This document shows positions 1 through 11,750 of a stretch of 64,000 nt of DNA, piece after piece. How positions within the stretch are numbered: position 1 is the stretch's first letter; each line of letters begins with the position of its first letter. The position numbers and the translations under genes are program-made. The notes beneath the pieces are model-generated. The model worked only from the letters and a program-made list of their open reading frames with translations. It was not told the DNA's origin and did no database searches. Origin of the DNA: an uncultured Methanomicrobiaceae archaeon (GTDB lineage: Archaea; Halobacteriota; Methanomicrobia; Methanomicrobiales; Methanoculleaceae). The DNA lies in NCBI GenBank assembly GCA_963826525.1, contig CAWGXH010000004.1:32001-96000 (forward strand), given 5' to 3'.

Positions 1-1056
1 GGCAGGAGGATATCCGGGCTCGATACTCCCGTGATGCCGACCGTATCATGCATACCAAGGCCTACGCCCGCTATATCGACAAGACACAGGTATTCTACCT
101 GGTCAGAAACGACCACATCACCCACCGCGTCCTCCACGTCCAGCTCGGTCTCGAAGATCGGACGGACCATCGGCAGGTCCCTTCGCCTGAACGAGGATCT
201 CATCGAGGCCATCGCTCTCGGTCACGATATCGGCCATATCCCGTACGGCCATGCAGGGGAGGCATGCCTCTCGGAGATCTGCCGAAAGGCGGGTATCGGG
301 TCGTTCCGGCATAATGTTCAGAGCGTACGGTTCCTCACCGGGATCGAAGACTGCGATCTGACGCTCCAGGTGCTGGACGGGATTCTCTGCCACAACGGAG
401 AGGCGTACGACAGCAGGATGGTGCCCCTGCCAGGAAAGACCTGGGACTCCTTCGATGAGGAGATCCGGGACCTCTCCGAGGGCGGGGAGGGCCGCCCGCC
501 GATGACCCTCGAGGGGTGCGTCGTCCGGTTCGCAGATACGATCGCCTACATCGGCCGTGATATCCAGGATGCACAGGAGGTCGGCCTGATCGGCGATACG
601 GTGGAGATGCCTGCCCGCGTCCGGGAGGTTCTCGGCGAGAGCAATCGATCCATCATCGACACCCTGATCAAAGACCTGATCGAGCAGAGCGACGGTGAAG
701 CGGAGCCTCTCATCAGCTACAGCCCCGACGTCGCGGAGGCGCTCGCCGAGCTGAAACGCTTCAACTATACTCATATCTATCACCATCCCCTGGTGACGGC
801 GGAGCTTTCCAAGATACGGCGAATGTACGATACGATCTTCGCCGCATACCTCGAAGACCTCGAGCGCGAACGAAAGGAGTCGCCGATCTACACCGGTTTT
901 CTCGACACGGGATGGATCAGTCCCGAGTATCGCAGGAATACCGGTGACGCCGAGATCGTCAGGGATTTCATCGCCGGCATGACGGACCGGTACTTCGAAC
1001 GCCGGTTCGAAGAGATCGTTCTGCCGAAACGAGTGGACTGGAAGTTTCAGGGATAG
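1..1056 (+). CDS. HD-domain dGTP triphosphohydrolase-like protein (5' partial, one frameshift near 150)
   Basis: Frame 3 reads RYSRDADRIMHTKAYARYIDKTQVF...HITHR, then shifts to IEAIALGHDIGHIPYGHAGE, ADTIAY and DFIAGMTDRY, all dGTPase-family motifs. Confidence 0.85.
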   Translation, partial: GRRISGLDTPVMPTVSCIPRPTPAISTRHRYSTWSETTTSPTASSTSSSVSKIGRTIGRSLRLNEDLIEAIALGHDIGHIPYGHAGEACLSEICRKAGIGSFRHNVQSVRFLTGIEDCDLTLQVLDGILCHNGEAYDSRMVPLPGKTWDSFDEEIRDLSEGGEGRPPMTLEGCVVRFADTIAYIGRDIQDAQEVGLIGDTVEMPARVREVLGESNRSIIDTLIKDLIEQSDGEAEPLISYSPDVAEALAELKRFNYTHIYHHPLVTAELSKIRRMYDTIFAAYLEDLERERKESPIYTGFLDTGWISPEYRRNTGDAEIVRDFIAGMTDRYFERRFEEIVLPKRVDWKFQG

Positions 1057-1813
1057 GGCTCTTCTGAACGCCTGCATACCCGGGCGGAGGAGCGGCAGTC
1101 AGGGAGAGACAGCGTGGGCATGCTCGCCGCTCCGGTTCAGCAAACCATAAATACACGAAATCCGGCCAAAATCCGGCCGAATTTAGACCTTCACAGAAGC
1201 CCGTAGACGGCGGTTCTCCCTGTCGGTAAGGGTATCCATCCTCTCAAAATTACCCCCGCTCATATGGCCATTATAACTCAACAATTCTTCCATTTTTCTC
1301 GAATCGGACGGTAATTTTTCGTTTCCTTTCAGTGCCGGAATCAGGGCCCTGAAATCTTCGTTAAAACCGGAAAAGGACGCTATTTTGACTTGTTTCAGGA
1401 ACGGCGAGAGGGCGACCCCCTTGGGTACGGGTGCTGCCCAGGTCCGCGAGCCCGATCCCCGCCACAACGGAGAAGGAGAGATCCCCTCCTGCCAGAGAGT
1501 ATTGGAACGACCTCGGGAGAGTGGCGGGCACGAATGCCCGGTCGGCCGTCTGCAAGAGGTGTTCTGTAAAGCCGGGGACAGTGCACCTGCTTCCGACCAC
1601 CTGCAGAATTCCGCTCTCGTTCGGGCGGTCTCCAGGCTTCCAGGATGTGAACGTGCAGGATCGCACCGTCCGGCACCGAGAAGGGGGAAACTATTAAGCA
1701 TGAGCGTGCCGGAGATGCCGGAATCCGAACCGAACGCTTCACCGGTGCGAGGATAGAAGAGCAGGGCTCATGCGGTCCGGAGAGGCTTTCGTGAGGAAGG
1801 AGAGGCGATCGAC

Positions 1814-2773
1814 ATGGTTGAAATCGGATACAAACTTGCAGGTGAAGAGCATGGACCGCTGGATCTCGTCTGCTATGCACGGCAGGCCGAGGATGCCGGG
1901 TTCCCCTTCGCCATGATATCGGACCACTACCATCCCTGGATCGGCAGAGAAGGACAGAGCCCCTTCGTCTGGGCAACCATCGGCGGGATCTCGCAGGTGA
2001 CGACCAATCTTCGACTGGCGACCGGCGTCACCTGTCCCACCGTCCGCATCCATCCTGCCATCATTGCCCAGGCGGCTGCGACCGCAGCCGCCATGATGCC
2101 GGGCCGCTTCATACTGGGGCTTGGCACCGGAGAAAACATAAACGAGCACATTTTAGGCGACCGATGGCCTCCCGCCCCCGTGCGGACCGAGATGCTCGAA
2201 GAAGCAGTGGAGATCATCAGGAACCTCTGGCAGGGCGGCATGAAGAGTTACTACGGCTACTTCTATACCGTCGAGAACGCACAGGTCTTCACCCTCCCGG
2301 AGAATCTCCCGCCGATCATGATCGCCGCCGAAGGGCCGATAAGTGCGTCGGCAGCAGGCAGGATCGGTGACGGGTTCATCAATGCGGGACACGAAGCCGA
2401 GAAGAACCTTGTTGCTTTCAGAAAGATGGGAGGCGAAGGAAAACCGGCATATCTGGAGATGTCGGTCTGCTGGGGAGATACCGAGGAGACCGCCCGGCGG
2501 ACGGCATACGAACGGTGGCCCACCTCGGCAAATACAGGGGAGATGAACAGGATTCTGCCGACACCCGCCCACTACGAACAGCTTGCAAAGATGGCGACCG
2601 AAGATGATGTGGCCGCGCACGTTCCGTGCGGCCCCGATCCCGAACCGATGATCAAAAAGATCGAAGAGGGCATACGGAAGGGCTTTGATAACATCTGCAT
2701 CCACCAGATAGGGCAAGAGCAGCGGGAGTTCCTCGAGTTTGCCAAAAAAGAGATCCTGCCGCACTTCTCCTGA
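1814..2773 (+). CDS. F420-dependent LLM-class oxidoreductase (TIGR03557-like)
   Basis: ISDHYHPW, GVTCP, AQAAAT, GLGTGENINEH motifs of the luciferase-like F420-dependent family. Confidence 0.85.
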   Translation: MVEIGYKLAGEEHGPLDLVCYARQAEDAGFPFAMISDHYHPWIGREGQSPFVWATIGGISQVTTNLRLATGVTCPTVRIHPAIIAQAAATAAAMMPGRFILGLGTGENINEHILGDRWPPAPVRTEMLEEAVEIIRNLWQGGMKSYYGYFYTVENAQVFTLPENLPPIMIAAEGPISASAAGRIGDGFINAGHEAEKNLVAFRKMGGEGKPAYLEMSVCWGDTEETARRTAYERWPTSANTGEMNRILPTPAHYEQLAKMATEDDVAAHVPCGPDPEPMIKKIEEGIRKGFDNICIHQIGQEQREFLEFAKKEILPHFS

Positions 2774-2799
2774 CAAAGGGAGGTAAAAAAGGAGAGATA

Positions 2800-4343
<1,544 letters not shown>

Positions 4344-4545
4344 AGTACTATCATTCCTGAAGCAGGAGGCATTGCCCGGTTCCCGCACATCCTCTCTCCT
4401 TCCCGGCGCCGGGTGAAAAACCCTGCAGGGGAGGATGAAATGGTACCCTTCGGCACTCGCATCCGTGCAGGCGATAGAGACCGGCGCGGCAGGACAGGGA
4501 CGTATTCACGGAGAGCGGGAGAGACCGGCATGCCATCTGTTAGAA

Positions 4546-4571
4546 GGAAGTAGTTTTCCACCAGGTTTAAA
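4546..4571 (-). promoter_or_regulatory. NrpR-type operator GGAA-N6-TTCC (4546-4559) just downstream of a TTTAAA TATA box (4566-4571)
   Basis: Exact GGAAGTAGTTTTCC upstream of amtB-glnK; matches the euryarchaeal NrpR operator consensus. Confidence 0.8.
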
Positions 4572-4701
4572 CATTATCTTTTTCACGGCGAATACGCCCG
4601 CCCCCGACCGAAACCCCACACGAGCCGGAGAACTTCGTGCCCGGAGAGCGCGGAGGGACAGCGATCCGCATACAGGAGGATAATGGAAAAGGAGGGAGAA
4701 T

Positions 4702-5040
4702 CTAACCGCCGGAGGACTCGGATTCGTCCGTCCTGACCTTGTGGATCGTCTCGACCGGCATGACGATGATCTTCCCGTCGCCGAACTTTCCGGTCCTCCC
4801 CGCATCGCGGATGACCTGAATGACCGTATCCACATCGGCAGCCCGAACGACCATCTCGAGTTTCAGCTTCGGAATAAGATCGACCGGCATGCTCTTCCCG
4901 CGGAACTGCAGGGAGATACCCCTCTGCGCCCCGCGCCCGCGGACCTCGGTCACAGTCATGCCGACGATACCCTTTGCTTCGAGCTCCGCCTTAATGTCAT
5001 CGAACTTCTCCGGCCTGATAACCGCAATAACCATTCTCAT
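4702..5040 (-). CDS. glnK: P-II family nitrogen regulator GlnK (copy 2)
   Basis: MRMVIAVIRPEK...GMTVTEVRGRG...RTGKFGDGKIIV. Confidence 0.95.
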   Translation of the reverse strand: MRMVIAVIRPEKFDDIKAELEAKGIVGMTVTEVRGRGAQRGISLQFRGKSMPVDLIPKLKLEMVVRAADVDTVIQVIRDAGRTGKFGDGKIIVMPVETIHKVRTDESESSGG

Positions 5041-5050
5041 TTCAAACACC

Positions 5051-6246
5051 TCACATCTGTGTCGACTCCCCGTGCTGGGAGATATCGAGACCCACATACT
5101 CTTCTTCCTCCGAGACACGGAGACCCAGCGTCATATCGACGATCTTGGCGAGGGCGAAGGTGACGACGAACGCGTAGACGACCACCACAGCCACATCGAT
5201 CATCTGGATGACGAACTGATTGACGTTGCCGTAGAGCAGGCCGTCGACACCGCCGACTGCCGCAATCGCGAAGATACCGGTTGCGAGCGCACCCCATACA
5301 CCACCGACGCCGTGCACCGCCCAGGCATCGAGGCTCTCATCGAGACCCCGGCCGACCCGGAAGAGCAGGGCTGCGTAGCAGATGATACCGGCAACCGCAC
5401 CGATGGCGATAGCGCTCATCGGATCGACGAAACCCGCTGCAGGAGTGATCGCCACAAGGCCCGCGATGGCACCGCTGATCATCCCGACCGAACTCGGCTT
5501 TCCACGGATCCAGGCAGCGAAGAGCCAGGCAGAGCTCCGGCAGCAGCTGAAATATTCGTCACCACGAACGCATTTGCCGCAAGACCGTTCGCTGCAAGAG
5601 CGCTTCCCGCGTTGAACCCGAACCAGCCGAACCAGAGAAGTGCCCCGCCGAGGAGCGTCATCGGGATGTTGTGCGGCTCCATACCGTAAGCGCCGAACCC
5701 GACACGCTTACCGATGACGAGTGCCAGGGCGAGCGCCGCAAACCCGGAACTGATATGGACGACCGTTCCGCCGGCGAAGTCAAGCGCACCGAGCTGCGCC
5801 GCCCAGCCACCGCCCCATGCCCAGTGAGCAAGCGGGTCGTAGACGAGCGTCGTCCATAAAAGGCCGAAGACGATGAACGAACCAACCTTCACCCGCTCCG
5901 CAACGCCGGACGTCACGATGGCCAGCGTCAGACCCGCGAAGACGAGCTGGAAGACCATGAAGAGCAGATCGGGAATGCCTTCGCCGCCCATGCCCACACC
6001 CTGCAGGGCGAAGAACTCAAGGCTCCCGATCAGCCCGTCGATGTCGGAGCCGAAGGCGAGACTGTACCCGAAGACGACCCACTGGATCGTGACCACCGAG
6101 AAGGCGATGAACGCCAGCGCAATCATCGAGATGAAGTTCTTCCGCCGTACAAGACCGCCGTAGAACAAGCCCACGCCCGGAGTCATCAGCATGACGAGCG
6201 CCGTACAGATCAGGATAAATGCAGTATCACCCGTATCAATAGCCAT
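5051..6246 (-). CDS. amtB: Ammonium transporter AmtB (copy 2; frameshift near 5525)
   Basis: ORFs 5479-6246 and 5051-5482 together are colinear with copy 1 across the full Amt length. Confidence 0.9.
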
Positions 6247-6288
6247 TGTTAGACTCCTCCACCGTTCACGAACAACACCTTGTAGGAA

Positions 6289-6314
6289 AGAAGTGTACTT
6301 CCTGCAGATATAAA
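6289..6314 (-). promoter_or_regulatory. TATA box TTTATATC (6307-6314) with one-mismatch NrpR operator GGAA-GTACAC-TTCT (6289-6302)
   Basis: Same TATA-then-operator geometry as at amtB copy 1. Confidence 0.65.
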
Positions 6315-6486
6315 TTTATCTAATGAGCACGCCCCGCGGCTCCTGAACAACCGGAGATGCACCACGATCGGAGAGTAGGGACGGCTACCGGCTTTCTCGA
6401 AAGAAAAGAGAAGATTACGAGTCTACCGCACCATAGTCGGCAGCACGATGCGAAGAGTTGAAAAATAGCGAGTGAGGGCCGGGTAG

Positions 6487-7018
6487 TTACTCGGCGGGCT
6501 GGTAGCGCTCTTCGAAGGTGATATCCTCGAGGAGCTCCTTCTTTGCAATTGTGATCTCTTCCGGGTATCCGGCAGGCACGAGCGAGACCAGCGTGTACGC
6601 ATCGGGAACATTCAACAGCTTTCGGATATCCTCGGCGTACTCCTTCTTCTCTCCCGCCACCCAGCAAGACCCGACACCCCACGCCTGGAGCCCGAGCATG
6701 AGCTGCATCGTGGCTGCACAGCAGTCCTCGAGGTAGTACGTCGCATCTCTCTTCCCGAATACGGCAAAACATACCCGGGCATCCGCGATGAACCGGCCGT
6801 GAGTCTGCAAGACCCGCGATCTTTTTGAGCGTCTCCGGATCCTTCACCGTGCCAAAAAGCCAGGGCTGCTCGTTCCGGGCAGTCGGCGCAAGGCGCGCAC
6901 AGTCGAGGGCGTCCCTGATGATCTTCTCCTCAATCGGGTCGCTTTTGTACTTCCTGACACTGTGCCGGCTCCGGATCACGGTAATTCCAAGATTTACAGT
7001 TCCGCCTATCGGACTCAT
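6487..7018 (-). CDS. Nitroreductase family protein (frameshift near 6805)
   Basis: IRSRHSVRKY, APTARNEQPWLF, then DCCAATMQLMLGLQAWGVGSCWV...VPAGYP. Confidence 0.85.
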
Positions 7019-7093
7019 GGTTGGAGGTGGGCATTCATCAGGTAAAAAACCTTGGAAAAAAGGGCCGCGAATCCCCGGGAGAGGGAGAGGGCG

Positions 7094-8290
7094 TCAGAAG
7101 AGCCCGCCGATCATCTGCACGATGTTATTGAAGCCCTGGAGGATGACGACCTTCGGATCGATCCCGAGGAAGGGGAAGATGAAGATGAAGTAGGCGAACG
7201 TTCCGAGGGTGCTGCCGAGGTTGGCGAGGGCTGCAACGAGCACCACCCGGAAGAGCGGAATTTTGCGCATCTCCGAGAGGCTCTCGGCCTCGATGATCCT
7301 CCGCAGTTCGCCTGCGGTAGGCTTTCTGATCTTCGCCTCGACGATTGCCGCAAACCAGCCCGCGGCGAGGAGTGGGTTTAAGGACGTGATCCAGGAGACG
7401 CCGAACGCCGTCAGCGCCGAGAGGGGATGGCCCCCTGCAGCCAGCGTGAAGCCGGCAGCGAGCACCCCGTTTATCAGGACCCAGTAGAGGAGCGCGGTCA
7501 GCAGGACGTCGAGCCCGACTCCCGAGAAGGCGATGGCTGCGAGCAGGGCGAGAAAGAGCACCGTCACGAGGATACCGAAGATCTTTGCGAAGGGAACCGA
7601 TCTGACCTCGGCAGTTAGACCGCTCATCGGCGGGAGCGTTCCGGGCTCCCTGAGATACCGCTCGACACCGTGCACGTGACCGGCACCGATGACCGCAAGG
7701 ACGCGTTCGTACCGGCTCCCGAGCGAGATGAGCTGGTGCGCGAGGTAGGCGTCACGCTCGTCGATGAGCGCCGCCGCCCCGTTCGGGGAGAACTCCCGGA
7801 ACTCCTCGAGCGCCGCACTCACCACATCCTGCTTCGTCAGCTCGTCGACGTCGATCTCCTTGCCACCGATGCCGATAACCGAGGCGATGAGGACGAAGAA
7901 CATCTTGATCTTCTCCCATATGGTCATTTTGCCCCAGAACCGCATCAGAGTGATTCGGATGTCGCGATCGATGAGGGCCACATGTTTCTGGTGCGCCTCG
8001 GCCTCTTCGATGGCCGCAAGCATCTCAGCACCGGGCCTGACGCCCGTATCGGCACCAATCCGCTGCTGAATATAGGCAAGCAGCCATTGGACGAGCACCC
8101 GGGTAAAGTTCCCGCCTTTCAGGATATCGGAGATGGAGGGCTCCGGGGCATCCTCTTTCAGGGCGGCATACCGCCCGGGGTCGAGTTCCACCCCCACGAT
8201 ATCGGGCTCGAACTCTTCGATCGCATCCCTGACCTCCTGCACACTCTTCGCCGAGACGTGTGCGGTTCCGACTATCCTGATCTCAGACAT
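7094..8290 (-). CDS. TraB/GumN family protein (archaeal pheromone-shutdown TraB type)
   Basis: IVGTAHVS, VGVELDPGR, PGAEM, IDRDI, LIDERD, VIGAGH plus C-terminal TM helices. Confidence 0.9.
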   Translation of the reverse strand: MSEIRIVGTAHVSAKSVQEVRDAIEEFEPDIVGVELDPGRYAALKEDAPEPSISDILKGGNFTRVLVQWLLAYIQQRIGADTGVRPGAEMLAAIEEAEAHQKHVALIDRDIRITLMRFWGKMTIWEKIKMFFVLIASVIGIGGKEIDVDELTKQDVVSAALEEFREFSPNGAAALIDERDAYLAHQLISLGSRYERVLAVIGAGHVHGVERYLREPGTLPPMSGLTAEVRSVPFAKIFGILVTVLFLALLAAIAFSGVGLDVLLTALLYWVLINGVLAAGFTLAAGGHPLSALTAFGVSWITSLNPLLAAGWFAAIVEAKIRKPTAGELRRIIEAESLSEMRKIPLFRVVLVAALANLGSTLGTFAYFIFIFPFLGIDPKVVILQGFNNIVQMIGGLF

Positions 8291-8310
8291 CGAGCACCTT
8301 CATTCCTTCA

Positions 8311-8826
8311 CTATCTATGACGACTTTCTTCCCGCGAGGCAGATCCGCACCCGCGTAGATGTTCCCGGATACGCTCCTCTTCGAGCATCTCGGCACTGCG
8401 CCGCTCGAGCAGCACGGATGCAATCCCATGTGCGTCTCCACCGGGAAGCGGGGTGCCGAGACCCGGACATGGCGATACCAGAAGATCCTCACCGTCGAGC
8501 ATGAACGGATATGTCCGGCAGATCCAGGGGCGGTGAGGGTAGACCGTGCACCGCCCGCCTGCAAGAAAGATACAGGCGTCGTCCCTCCGCCTGATGCACC
8601 AGGCAAAAGTATAGCACTTTCCGTCGGCATCCTCGATGAACTCCGGATACGGTTCCGCGACCTCGTCGAAGGTCATGCCGGTGGCTGCCATGATCGCCCT
8701 GACCTCCCGCGGGCTGACGGCGACGAGGTTCGAGTCTTCGCTCACTGCCCGGCAGCACTCGTTGCAGCCGGTGCAGGCAAAGCCGATGCCCCCGAGGGTC
8801 TCGGCAAGCACCCTTACTCCCGACAT
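8311..8826 (-). CDS. YkgJ family Cys-cluster (Zn/Fe-S) protein
   Basis: FACTGCNECC...CIFL...CTVYPHRPWICRTYPF; C-terminal end uncertain. Confidence 0.85.
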   Translation of the reverse strand: MSGVRVLAETLGGIGFACTGCNECCRAVSEDSNLVAVSPREVRAIMAATGMTFDEVAEPYPEFIEDADGKCYTFAWCIRRRDDACIFLAGGRCTVYPHRPWICRTYPFMLDGEDLLVSPCPGLGTPLPGGDAHGIASVLLERRSAEMLEEERIREHLRGCGSASREESRHR

Positions 8827-9368
8827 ATCCTGTCGAAGTTTTCGAAGGCGAGTCGACCGTTCTCGGTATGACTGACCTCGGGGTGCCACTGGAGCCCGTA
8901 GAGATGTTTATCGATGTCGGCCATCGCCTCGACGCCGCAGATATCCGACCGGGCGAGGAGCGTAAAGCCTTCCGGCATGGCGGAGACTTCGTCGGCATGC
9001 GATGCCCATACGTGGATGCGGCCGGGGTAGCCGTCGAGGAGATCGTTCTTCTCGATGATATCGACGTCCACCGCCCCGTAGCCGCCGCTCATCCCTTTCG
9101 TCACGGTCCCGCCTCGGGCCGTAGCCATAATATGCAGCCCGAGACAGATCCCGAGAACCGGAAGGCCGAGATCGAGGTATTCTGCGGCGATACCGGCACG
9201 TGCGAGGGTGGGGCCGCCGCCGAGGATGATGCCCCTGCAGCCTTCCGCCACCTCCGCCGCCGGCGTTTCGTTGGAGATCATCGTGGCCTCAATATCCATA
9301 TCACGGAGCGAGCGAAGGATCAGATGATTGAACTGCCCGTAGTTGTTGACCACATAGATGGGTAGCAT
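8814..9368 (-). CDS. guaAA: GMP synthase glutamine amidotransferase subunit A
   Basis: NYGQFNHLI, GICLG, SHADEV, LQWHPEV class I GATase triad. Confidence 0.92.
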   Translation of the reverse strand: MLPIYVVNNYGQFNHLILRSLRDMDIEATMISNETPAAEVAEGCRGIILGGGPTLARAGIAAEYLDLGLPVLGICLGLHIMATARGGTVTKGMSGGYGAVDVDIIEKNDLLDGYPGRIHVWASHADEVSAMPEGFTLLARSDICGVEAMADIDKHLYGLQWHPEVSHTENGRLAFENFDRICRE

Positions 9369-9410
9369 TGTTGATCACAGTATTACGAGTTTGGGATACA
9401 TAGTCCTTTG

Positions 9411-10423
9411 TCAGTCTGTATTCCCGGACGAAATCGAAGATCGTCTTTGAGATCTGCTCCGGAGAAAATCCCATCAGGGAGGCAAGCACCATCGCGCCTC
9501 CGGCACCCATCCCCTCCTTGACCTCGCCGATGCAGTAGCGAGCAAGCCCGACGTGTCCGAGGTTGGCGAAGTTCGGATCGACGTAGTAGGCGACGGTCCC
9601 GACCTCCTCGACAGTGCGCGGGAAACTTGCCGAGGGGTCGTCCCGGACGTAGACGGTCGTCGCCAGGGGAGGAGGATTCTTCCCGAGCGCTTTGAGGACG
9701 GCGGCGACGGCGAGCATCTGCGTACCTCCCGCAAGGAGGAGACGACCGCCATACGTGCTCGCGATCCCGGCAGCGACCGGCATCATGGGATCGCCTGCAA
9801 GCCTGATAATGTCGAGCGGGTCGCTCACCCCGGCGTCCTGGGTCCGGGCAAGCACCTCGCGGCAGACCTCATCTTTGAGCGTCACCGGATTCTCCACGTA
9901 ACTGCTGCTGACCCGGGCATCGTATCCGAGCGCCTGTAAGACACAGAGAGCGGTCGTGGTTCCCCCGGGAACACACTCCCCGAGCACCAGAAGGTCGCTG
10001 CAACGCGAGAGGAATCTCCCTGCCATCTCGCCCCGCCGGAAGAGGGAAGCAGCCTCCGGGACCGCATCCCCATACCGGGGGTCGCCGCCTGGGCTTCCGT
10101 ACATATCGAGGCACGGCACGCCCGGTTGATGCCGAAGCCCTGCATTGATGAAGAGCGGGATAATGCCCGTCATCTGCATCATGGAACGAGTAATGGAGGC
10201 CGGAGTCGGGCAGCCCGTGGGGGTGTTCGGCTTGAAGGGCATACTGGCGACCGAGCCGGTTGCCACCAGTCTCCGCGTCCAGGATCGGCGTCAGCAGCGT
10301 CTTTTCGGGGGTCGGCCCTGCACCCGAGATTCCGGGAACCGTAGAGAGCATCGTATTGCCGAGCACCAGTGCCATCAGAGGATTTTTTGCAGTAATGTCG
10401 GGAGACTCCGAGAGGAACGGCAT
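9411..10423 (-). CDS. cobT: Nicotinate-nucleotide:dimethylbenzimidazole phosphoribosyltransferase (archaeal CobT); frameshift near 10270, 3' end uncertain
   Basis: [53 protein letters not shown]; divergent from cobZ-cobS. Confidence 0.85.
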
Positions 10424-10568
10424 GAGTATCGCTAACAGTGTATCTGCTCGCGATACATGAGGGTTGCCATCCCGATGCCGCGGCAGTGCCGAAAGATACC
10501 GTCACTGCGAGAGACTGCACCGCCGAATGCAAACGAGCAAATAGCCTGCTCATCAAACACTGGTTCAT

Positions 10569-11003
10569 ATGTTCGATATCGAGCAGAGACTGCAAGAGAA
10601 GGGCATCGAACGCAGCGTGATCGTCGCCTCGGCCATGGAACTCTATGTACCGCACGGCCTTGATGCCGCGGCGGCCGCCGTCCGGCTGCACGAAAAGATA
10701 GGAAAGGCGCTTGAAGATCCGAACGTCTCCTCGCTGCTCCTCGGCGCTCTCCTCCTTGAGGACGAACTCTACTGGAAACGGCAGAACTCCGAGATCGCCG
10801 ACGACCCGGTCTTCCTGCTCTCCGACGAGATCATCGGCATGGCGATCGCCGAGGTGATCGGCGGGACGTACGCACGGTTTGAGTTCACCCGCTACGACCA
10901 GAAGAAACCCGGGATTCTGGCGACGCTCGGCCCCTTCCTCGACGATGCCGTCGCCGGACTCATCGCCGGGTGCACCTCGCGCCTCTACAGTGAATGCGTG
11001 TGA
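10569..11003 (+). CDS. cobZ: Alpha-ribazole phosphatase CobZ (PgpA-like)
   Basis: DPNVSSLL, DPVFLLSDEIIG, FEFTRYDQKKPGIL..LGPFLDD; overlaps cobS start. Confidence 0.82.
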   Translation: MFDIEQRLQEKGIERSVIVASAMELYVPHGLDAAAAAVRLHEKIGKALEDPNVSSLLLGALLLEDELYWKRQNSEIADDPVFLLSDEIIGMAIAEVIGGTYARFEFTRYDQKKPGILATLGPFLDDAVAGLIAGCTSRLYSECV

Positions 11004-11710
11004 AATCGATTCGCGCCCTCCTGCAGTTCTGCACGACCCTCCCGCTCGGGCATGCCGCCGACTTCGATGAGTTCGCCCGCAGGTCGTACCTCTATCCGGT
11101 TGCAGGCTACGTCATCGGCGGGATTGCCGCCCTGCTTGTCTTCGGGATAGAATCTCCGGTTCTGGCGGCAGCGGTCGCACTCGCCGCCGTTCTGATCCTG
11201 TCCGGGGCAAACCACTTCGACGGGCTGCTCGACTTCGGTGACGGCCTGATGGCTCACGGGAGCCGGGAGAAGAGGATCGGGGCGATGACCGACCGGAATA
11301 CGGGAGCCGGAGCCGTGGCGGCGGGAGTCGTGATTACGCTCGTCGCATTCGCCGGCCTGCAGACGGCAGCATCGGTCTGGGCTGTCATTCTGATCGCAGA
11401 GGTCTGTGCAAAGCTTGCCATGGCATGGCTGACGGTGCTCGGGAGGCCCTTCCGCGAGGGGATCCACAGTTATCTCCACGGATTTGCGAAGCCTTCGTTC
11501 CTCATCTATGCGGCGGCGCTCTCCCTCCCGCTGCTGCTGCTCCCCGTTCCTCCGGTTATGCCGGGCGTCGCCGTCGCCGTCACCGGTGCAGTAGTCACGG
11601 GAATGCTGGTTCTCTCCCGGCACCTCTTCGGCGGTGTGAACGGCGACGTCGTCGGGGCCGCCCATGAGATCACGCGTGCCGGCGTCATCCTGGTGCTGGC
11701 ACTCCTGTAA
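10994..11710 (+). CDS. cobS: Adenosylcobinamide-GDP ribazoletransferase (cobalamin synthase)
   Basis: HFDGLLDFGDG, MTDRNTGAGA, FGGVNGDVVGA; hydrophobic. Confidence 0.92.
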   Translation: MRVKSIRALLQFCTTLPLGHAADFDEFARRSYLYPVAGYVIGGIAALLVFGIESPVLAAAVALAAVLILSGANHFDGLLDFGDGLMAHGSREKRIGAMTDRNTGAGAVAAGVVITLVAFAGLQTAASVWAVILIAEVCAKLAMAWLTVLGRPFREGIHSYLHGFAKPSFLIYAAALSLPLLLLPVPPVMPGVAVAVTGAVVTGMLVLSRHLFGGVNGDVVGAAHEITRAGVILVLALL

Positions 11711-11750
11711 GCACCTTTTTCTAGCCGGGTAGCAGTAGGTACCTGGTACC

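Noticed and set aside
1158-1180. Short tandem AAATCCGGCC duplication
   Set aside because: Only two short copies and no functional context
4351-4536. Confident small-protein CDS upstream of amtB1
   Set aside because: Composition is atypical and no family was recognised; kept only as a possibility within the leader finding
7094-8290. Conjugation gene (name TraB)
   Set aside because: It belongs to the TraB/GumN family common in archaeal core genomes; no transfer genes nearby
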